Shown here: piece after piece, positions 58,248-64,000 of the stretch
Layout of the letters: every line of letters begins with the position of its first letter
Position numbering within the stretch: the first letter of the stretch is position 1
Source of the DNA: a virus
Length of the DNA stretch: 64,000 nt
Virus record (IMG/VR): IMGVR_UViG_3300028827_000100
Span: 1-64,000 of that record
Direction: 5' to 3' (one strand)
Notes under the pieces: model-generated
Databases searched by the model: none
What the model was told of the DNA's origin: nothing
The model's input: the letters and a program-made list of their open reading frames with translations, nothing else
Position numbers and translations under genes: made by a program

Positions 58248-58700
58248 ATGGCTAAAATACCAAACACTAAAGTAAGAACAGGACATGCTGTTGCTATCAG
58301 GGTGCGTGGTGTTACGATAGGGTTTATAACTTCGTGGGCATACAATCTCAACAGGGACATATCGGCTGTTTACGAACTCAATCCGCAGACGAGTGGAGAG
58401 CCCGTGGAGAATGTTCCCGGCAACGTGACCAATTTGACAATATCAGTCCAACGTGCCGACCTGTATATATCAAAGATGGAAGAAGCATTTGGCGGTCAGG
58501 ACATATCAATGCTTTCAGACCAAAGCATTCCGTTTGAAGTGTATGAAGTATGGAACAATCCAGACGGGACGAGAGAAATGTATGTGTACACTGATTGCTG
58601 GTTTAGCAGGATAGGCAGGCGTATAGAATCAACAGGTGACAGGGTTGTTAGGGCTGATGCTGAAATCACTTATGTGAGAAGGGTAAAAGTAAGCAGTTAG
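58248..58700 (+). CDS. tail tube protein
   Basis: follows sheath; VYEL.....P.E.VPG, Y.DCWF. Confidence 0.82.
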   Translation: MAKIPNTKVRTGHAVAIRVRGVTIGFITSWAYNLNRDISAVYELNPQTSGEPVENVPGNVTNLTISVQRADLYISKMEEAFGGQDISMLSDQSIPFEVYEVWNNPDGTREMYVYTDCWFSRIGRRIESTGDRVVRADAEITYVRRVKVSS

Positions 58701-58713
58701 TGGAGGTATTTAG

Positions 58714-59355
58714 ATGAATAAAATTGCCTATATCAAATACAGGGTGGCTAAAATAAGAAATGCTGATGACGAAGAAAACAAGTCAGAACTTGTAATAGAT
58801 TTTCTTGTTGATGTTATGGGTTCAGACGACCTTGAAGAGGCAAAAAATCAGCTCGAAGCATTACAGGAAACAAACATCATATACGAAGAAGAGGCGCAGG
58901 AAGTCCTTGATAAAATTAAGGATATACATGAAGAGGTTGCTGAAGAAATAGCAGAAGAAGATACTGGATTTGAATTTGAGCCGCCGGAAGCAGGTGGTGA
59001 AGAAGGCCCAGAAAATCAGACACCGGAAGAAGAAATATTCATACCCAAAATAGAACTTTCTGCAAGTGTGAAAAGAAATGTTGAATACATAAATGCTGAA
59101 TTGTTTGATGGCGACGGCATTGTTGAGTATCTTATCAAGGGTGGGGGTAGACCCATGAGGTTGAGGCCGATGAATATAACGGATCAGACATGGAGTCATT
59201 TTCTGGACTGGATGAAACAGGAAGGTTTTGAAACAATAGAGGAGTTTAAGAGTGCTGTCGTCAGCAATCCAGAACTGCTTGACAGGGCAATGGCTAAAAT
59301 AAAGGAAATAAAAAGGAGGGTTATGGCTGATACGGAGTTGGCATATGGTGTTTAA
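58714..59355 (+). CDS. acidic hypothetical protein
   Basis: GGAGGT RBS. Confidence 0.7.
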   Translation: MNKIAYIKYRVAKIRNADDEENKSELVIDFLVDVMGSDDLEEAKNQLEALQETNIIYEEEAQEVLDKIKDIHEEVAEEIAEEDTGFEFEPPEAGGEEGPENQTPEEEIFIPKIELSASVKRNVEYINAELFDGDGIVEYLIKGGGRPMRLRPMNITDQTWSHFLDWMKQEGFETIEEFKSAVVSNPELLDRAMAKIKEIKRRVMADTELAYGV

Positions 59356-59376
59356 AAAGGTGAAAGGGGTGAAGGT

Positions 59377-59823
59377 ATGAGAAATGATATTATTGATTCG
59401 ATTAAAAAAACATTTTGGGAGGGTTCGGAATCAAAGGAGGTCGTGCTTGCCGGAAAAACTTGGACGCTAAAATCCCTGAACAATTCAGAACAGGTATTCA
59501 GGGACAGATTTATTCCCGCCTCTGCAACAGCGTCTTTCTTGTCAGCAAGGAAGGCTCCTACCGTTGCATTAGCAATTTCTCACATTGACGGAGTACCAGT
59601 TGAAGAAGTGTTTGGTGACAGCGATGAAACAAAAGACGAAGTGGTAACCGAATTATTGAAGACAACCGGACTTGCAAAAGAAAAAAGATTTATTATTGCA
59701 GAGAGAGTTCTTGAGTTTTTGAATGAGTTGCCGCCAGAAGTTGTGGATACCCTGTACGGAGAGTATGTTGAGATAGAAAACAACAGGCGCAAAGCACTTG
59801 ATGAGATATTGAAAAAAAAATAG
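59377..59823 (+). CDS. tail assembly chaperone (gpG-like)
   Basis: between tube and TMP; ends at A9 slippery run. Confidence 0.75.
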   Translation: MRNDIIDSIKKTFWEGSESKEVVLAGKTWTLKSLNNSEQVFRDRFIPASATASFLSARKAPTVALAISHIDGVPVEEVFGDSDETKDEVVTELLKTTGLAKEKRFIIAERVLEFLNELPPEVVDTLYGEYVEIENNRRKALDEILKKK

Positions 59824-60188
59824 ATGATACGGACGAAATTGAAGATGTAAAGACGAGAGTATTGCTTGAACTTGGATTGACACCAAACGATCCTCGTGTG
59901 GCTGAATTTACGGATGTTCACTGGTTCATATATTATCGTGCAATAATGAAGCGTGAGCATGAAAGATTTAATATGCTTAAAGAACTCATTGTTGGTTTGC
60001 TTGGGTTAAAAATACCGGCGACCGATTCCGTTTTACCTTTGTCGTATTTTATTGCACCTGAATTTTTCAGGTCTTTGATGGAAGAAGAAAGAGTAATATA
60101 TGAAAGTGACGTTGTAGATATGGATGACAGTGAAAGAATGCAGGTTCTTGACGAACTTGATAAACAACTTGAAGAGAAAGGGATTTAA
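59812..60188 (+). CDS. -1 frameshift extension of tail chaperone (gpGT-like)
   Basis: -1 frame open from A9 (59812-59820): KIDDTDEIEDVKTRVLLELGL... to 60188. Confidence 0.75.
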
Positions 60189-60190
60189 AG

Positions 60191-62257
60191 ATGCCGGAAG
60201 AAGGTGGTCAGATAATAGGTGGTTCAAAATATGGTTCGCCACAGGAACAGGCACAGGAGAGCAGGGAATATCAGGAAGCTGTAAAGTTTGCAAGGGAATT
60301 TGCTGAACAGAGGCGTTCGTTTGAAGAACTGTCGAGCAACCTTGGAAATCTTGCAAATACAATGAGGGAGTTTGTTGCTGAATACAGAGATGCAAGTAAA
60401 AATCTCGACGATACAATAAAGAGCACTGCAAGGAATCTTGATGAGGCTGTAAAGAATGTAAAAGACAGTATAGCCAAGAGTGCGGAAGAGTTTGCGCATG
60501 GACTTATTGCGCCAGCAGAAGAAGCCAGAAGACAGGCTGGGGTTCTTGGTGGCGTCATAGACAAAATAAGAGAAGGGATAGAAGGATTACCCTTTGGCAA
60601 GGCTGTTGTGATGGCGGGTCTTGTTGCAACGAGCGCAGGGCTGATAAGACTTGCTATAGAGTCAAATGCCCAAAAAGCCCTTGCATCGATAAGGCAGTTT
60701 ACAAGCGGCGTTGACATGGAGACGGAGGGCTTGAAGGAGGGGATTTCTTCTGTTGCGGATGAATGGAATGAAGATTGGTCTGTAATATCTGAATATTTCG
60801 GGAAAATAGGAACTGCATTAAGGGTTAATTTTAAGGAGTATGGCACGGCGTATCTTGAAGCATTTACTGATGAGATATTTTCTCTTTCTGTATCTACAGG
60901 TCTTGCAAGAGATGAGATAATATCTGATTTTGAGGATATAAGCAAATATGCTTGGGATGCGGCAGACTCTTTTGGTGGAATAGCAACATCGGCAGAAATT
61001 TTATACACAGTAGGAAAAACAAGTGCTATGGGAATAGAGATGTTCAAGGGGACTTTGATGTCGGCCCTTGAACCGATGAAAATGTATGCCCTCACACAGG
61101 AAAATATAGTTGAGGGTGCATTAAGAATGAGGGGTCTTGAAGAAATATTCGGAGGTATGGAGGGCGGTATTGCAGGATTTCAGGGGGTTATGAAGAACAT
61201 AACCTCTATTGAATCAATGATAACATCAAGTCCGGGATGGATGATGCTGTTAACCGGAAATATTCCTGAAACAGGTGGAACGAGAGAATTATGGGGTGCC
61301 ATGACTGAAGCCGCAAATGCTCTTAAAGGAGAAGGTGGCGGCGGCATATTTATAAAATACATAGACAAATTGAGTGAATATGCGGCATCACAGGCAGATT
61401 TAAATTTGATGCTGTTTGAACAGTTTGGTGGCAACATAGAGGCAATTGAAATGATAAATACAATGTTTAAGGATTTGGACAGATTGCGGAGTGTTCTTGC
61501 CGGTGTTGACAACTCAAACAAATTGTTGAGTGAGTCATTGACGACAGATAAATTCAGGGAAGCGCTGGTACAGGCTGGTCTTGAGAAAAGAAAAATAGAT
61601 GAAGCCGTAACTCTCTACAAAGAGATGATGGAGAATCAGAAAAAACTGTTTGAAAATCTCCAGAATCCACTTGAGAGATTGCGTAACATAGCAGAAAACA
61701 AACTGAAAGAAATACTCGATGCTATAGGCCAACTTTCAGGTGGAACTATAAATTTACTTACGAGCCTTGTTACCGGGTTGCAGACGCTTATTGCGACAGT
61801 TGCTATAGGACTTGACAAGTTTGGAATAACAGAGGATGTGTTTGAGAAGGTTACAGGAGTTGGTATTAAAAATGCTGAAAGATTCTTTTCAGCAGTTGCG
61901 GCAAGATTCGGATATTCGGTAGACCAATTCACATCGGGTCTTGAAGAAGTTGCGAACCTGCCGGAAAAAATAGGTGGTGCGGCAGGCAAGATAGCGGGAA
62001 ACATACTTGAATCTCTTGGGGTTGCTCCTGTAGTTATAAGAGGTGAAAAGGATATAGATTTGATAGAAAGGCTCGTGAAAAAGCAGGTTGCGAGGAGGGA
62101 GGCAAAAGACCTCGTTATACCCTCTGCATACTCTTACGATGTTGAAAGTACAACATTTACATACAAGCCACATGCTATAGATATAAATTTGAGACTAACA
62201 CCAAAGACAATTGAATATTTAAACTACATTAACGAGGTAAATCATGGCGGACGTTAA
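60191..62257 (+). CDS. tape measure protein
   Basis: 688 aa, helical A/G/E-rich, follows chaperones. Confidence 0.8.
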   Translation: MPEEGGQIIGGSKYGSPQEQAQESREYQEAVKFAREFAEQRRSFEELSSNLGNLANTMREFVAEYRDASKNLDDTIKSTARNLDEAVKNVKDSIAKSAEEFAHGLIAPAEEARRQAGVLGGVIDKIREGIEGLPFGKAVVMAGLVATSAGLIRLAIESNAQKALASIRQFTSGVDMETEGLKEGISSVADEWNEDWSVISEYFGKIGTALRVNFKEYGTAYLEAFTDEIFSLSVSTGLARDEIISDFEDISKYAWDAADSFGGIATSAEILYTVGKTSAMGIEMFKGTLMSALEPMKMYALTQENIVEGALRMRGLEEIFGGMEGGIAGFQGVMKNITSIESMITSSPGWMMLLTGNIPETGGTRELWGAMTEAANALKGEGGGGIFIKYIDKLSEYAASQADLNLMLFEQFGGNIEAIEMINTMFKDLDRLRSVLAGVDNSNKLLSESLTTDKFREALVQAGLEKRKIDEAVTLYKEMMENQKKLFENLQNPLERLRNIAENKLKEILDAIGQLSGGTINLLTSLVTGLQTLIATVAIGLDKFGITEDVFEKVTGVGIKNAERFFSAVAARFGYSVDQFTSGLEEVANLPEKIGGAAGKIAGNILESLGVAPVVIRGEKDIDLIERLVKKQVARREAKDLVIPSAYSYDVESTTFTYKPHAIDINLRLTPKTIEYLNYINEVNHGGR

Positions 62258-62945
62258 TTACACTGGCAATTGGCGAATAGGTAAGGTGTATAAAAACGAA
62301 AGCGGAGAGGTAGTGTCAAAAGAAAATATAGATGTTTATATAAATCCGGTGAGTGTTGTGCCTGAACTTGTACAGAGAGTAAATTATACGGATACGGTTG
62401 GTGGTACAGCAATATCTGCATGGTCATATGACCCACTTGCTAATTACAGTGGGTATAGCAGGTTTTCTTTCAGGATTGCAGGTGTTGCAATATCATATAC
62501 TGTCAGAGGGAATGTGGTAAATACAAGCCCAAGTCATCAAACGGTAATGGCTTCGGCGATAGCAAACAATTTCAACATCACGATAGGTAACAGGAATGAG
62601 CTTGAAGCATCACGTGCAAATGAAGATGCGAAGGCCGGAGTTTTTAAGGATATAAAGAGAAACGCCATAGACCTGTTTACATTTTTCAACGCAAAATTTG
62701 TTGATGTTATAGATGGTGAGACAGTTTATGCTGAATGGGAAATAGACATTTCGACACCGTTAATGAGCCCGGTTGATTTTGACAACAGAAAGGAATACTT
62801 GAGTGTCGTTGGCATTGTGACAACGCCATTCACTCTCAACGAAGATGCTGGACGTCCATATATGCCAACATGGAGTGTTGGGTTTACAGTCTTTGATGAG
62901 GATGTTGAGAGTGTCATGAATCATATAAAATCGTTTTCGAGGTAA
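62244..62945 (+). CDS. tail/baseplate protein (tube initiator-like)
   Basis: YINP..V.......V....T.GG; position after TMP. Confidence 0.55.
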   Translation: MADVNYTGNWRIGKVYKNESGEVVSKENIDVYINPVSVVPELVQRVNYTDTVGGTAISAWSYDPLANYSGYSRFSFRIAGVAISYTVRGNVVNTSPSHQTVMASAIANNFNITIGNRNELEASRANEDAKAGVFKDIKRNAIDLFTFFNAKFVDVIDGETVYAEWEIDISTPLMSPVDFDNRKEYLSVVGIVTTPFTLNEDAGRPYMPTWSVGFTVFDEDVESVMNHIKSFSR

Positions 62946-62949
62946 TTGT

Positions 62950-64000
62950 ATGTACAGACAATCTTATTCGTACAAATTGCTGATAAATGGTATTGAGATA
63001 CCGCACAACATGATTAGTGATTTTGATATTTCATACAACGTTGTTCCAGAGTTGTCAATATGTAATATAGGGTTGATAGATTCAAAAAAAGAACTGGTAT
63101 ATAATCCTAATAGGGTTTCAAAGAGCAATTTAACAAGGCTTATTGAAAATGCCGCCCTGAAAAGAGGTGTAAGGCTTGAATACATGAAGCCTTATTTCAA
63201 GGATAACGACGTTGTTACTCTTTTCATAAAAGTTGGTAACGAATGGCATTGGGGTTTCTTTGGATATGTCAGTTCTGTCTCGCTGGGGATAGGTGTTGCA
63301 GGTGAAGCTCCGATAACATTACATGCAGAAAGTTCACTGAAACCGTTTAGATACAATTACATATCTTTTAATTCATTGCTTGTACCGTCTGAATTGAAAG
63401 AAAAAGATTTGGAGGGCTTGTATACAGCATACTATTCCCCTTTTGACGGGATTGATACACACGGAAAAGATATTTACGAACAGGTTAAATTTATTTTTGA
63501 CAACAGCAGATACAGGGCGAGTGAAGTAGTTGTCGGTGATGGGTCGTTTTCTGATATGACAGAGATTGTTATAGGTAGCCCTGAAGACATGATAGGCATT
63601 TTTGATTCTTTTAAGAGTATTACAAGAATTGGGAGTGATGCAGACCTTGAACAGTATATAAGTTCCGTTATTAAATCAGAAGGATGGGGAACTGAAACAT
63701 TATATCCGCAAAGACAGATATACATGATAAAGATAGATACAGACAAAAGCAAAACATGGAAAACATTGACCGCAAACGTTGAGTTTAGTGCTCCATCGCT
63801 GTCGCAACCTGCAATAAATAACAAACTTGATTATTTGCATCAATGCGTATCCAATTGGACTTATATCGTTTATACACTTCAAAACGGGGACGTTGTTATA
63901 GAGCCGTTGTTGTTTGGAACAATTGCAGGTTATACTGTACTTGATTCAAAGAGGGTTGGCAGTAATTCTACATATACTTTTAATGGTACATCTATTGCCA
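62950..64000 (+). CDS. baseplate hub-like protein, truncated by window end
   Basis: ATG at 62950 (MYRQSYSYKLLINGIEIP...); DVV.LF.K....W.WGFFGYV; position. Confidence 0.55.
   Translation, partial: MYRQSYSYKLLINGIEIPHNMISDFDISYNVVPELSICNIGLIDSKKELVYNPNRVSKSNLTRLIENAALKRGVRLEYMKPYFKDNDVVTLFIKVGNEWHWGFFGYVSSVSLGIGVAGEAPITLHAESSLKPFRYNYISFNSLLVPSELKEKDLEGLYTAYYSPFDGIDTHGKDIYEQVKFIFDNSRYRASEVVVGDGSFSDMTEIVIGSPEDMIGIFDSFKSITRIGSDADLEQYISSVIKSEGWGTETLYPQRQIYMIKIDTDKSKTWKTLTANVEFSAPSLSQPAINNKLDYLHQCVSNWTYIVYTLQNGDVVIEPLLFGTIAGYTVLDSKRVGSNSTYTFNGTSIA

Noticed and set aside
273-63882. Minus-strand and nested ORFs in the six-frame track (e.g. 35662-36492, 51452-52168, 60271-61095)
   Set aside because: All are shadows of well-supported + strand genes or of AT-rich non-coding DNA, with no RBS or recognisable motifs

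Overview
A 64-kb segment of a large tailed (contractile-tail, myovirus-like) phage genome. Essentially all genes are on the + strand. Spanins point to a diderm host. Layout: (i) 0.4-12.4 kb accessory, nucleotide-metabolism and counter-defence region with two DNA methyltransferases, a HAD nucleotidase, MazG-like proteins, a RuvC-like resolvase, tRNA-Leu(CAA), a self-contained AcrIII-1 (DUF1874) ring-nuclease cassette and, as the top finding, an IS110/Nop-like protein lacking a RuvC domain followed by an 18/36-nt periodic dual-repeat array (a TIGR-Tas-like, TasA-type RNA-guided system); (ii) 12.5-28.8 kb block of about 30 mostly very acidic hypothetical proteins sharing short motifs, behind a putative late-promoter motif (candidate head-packaged cargo); (iii) 28.8-33.3 kb WYL protein, lysis cassette, SAM decarboxylase and permuted NlpC/P60 enzyme; (iv) 33.4-41.3 kb virion/fibre-like proteins; (v) 41.4-64 kb terminase, portal, protease, scaffold, capsid, neck, sheath, tube, frameshifting chaperone, tape measure and the start of the baseplate genes. 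All family calls are by eye from motifs; no searches were run.
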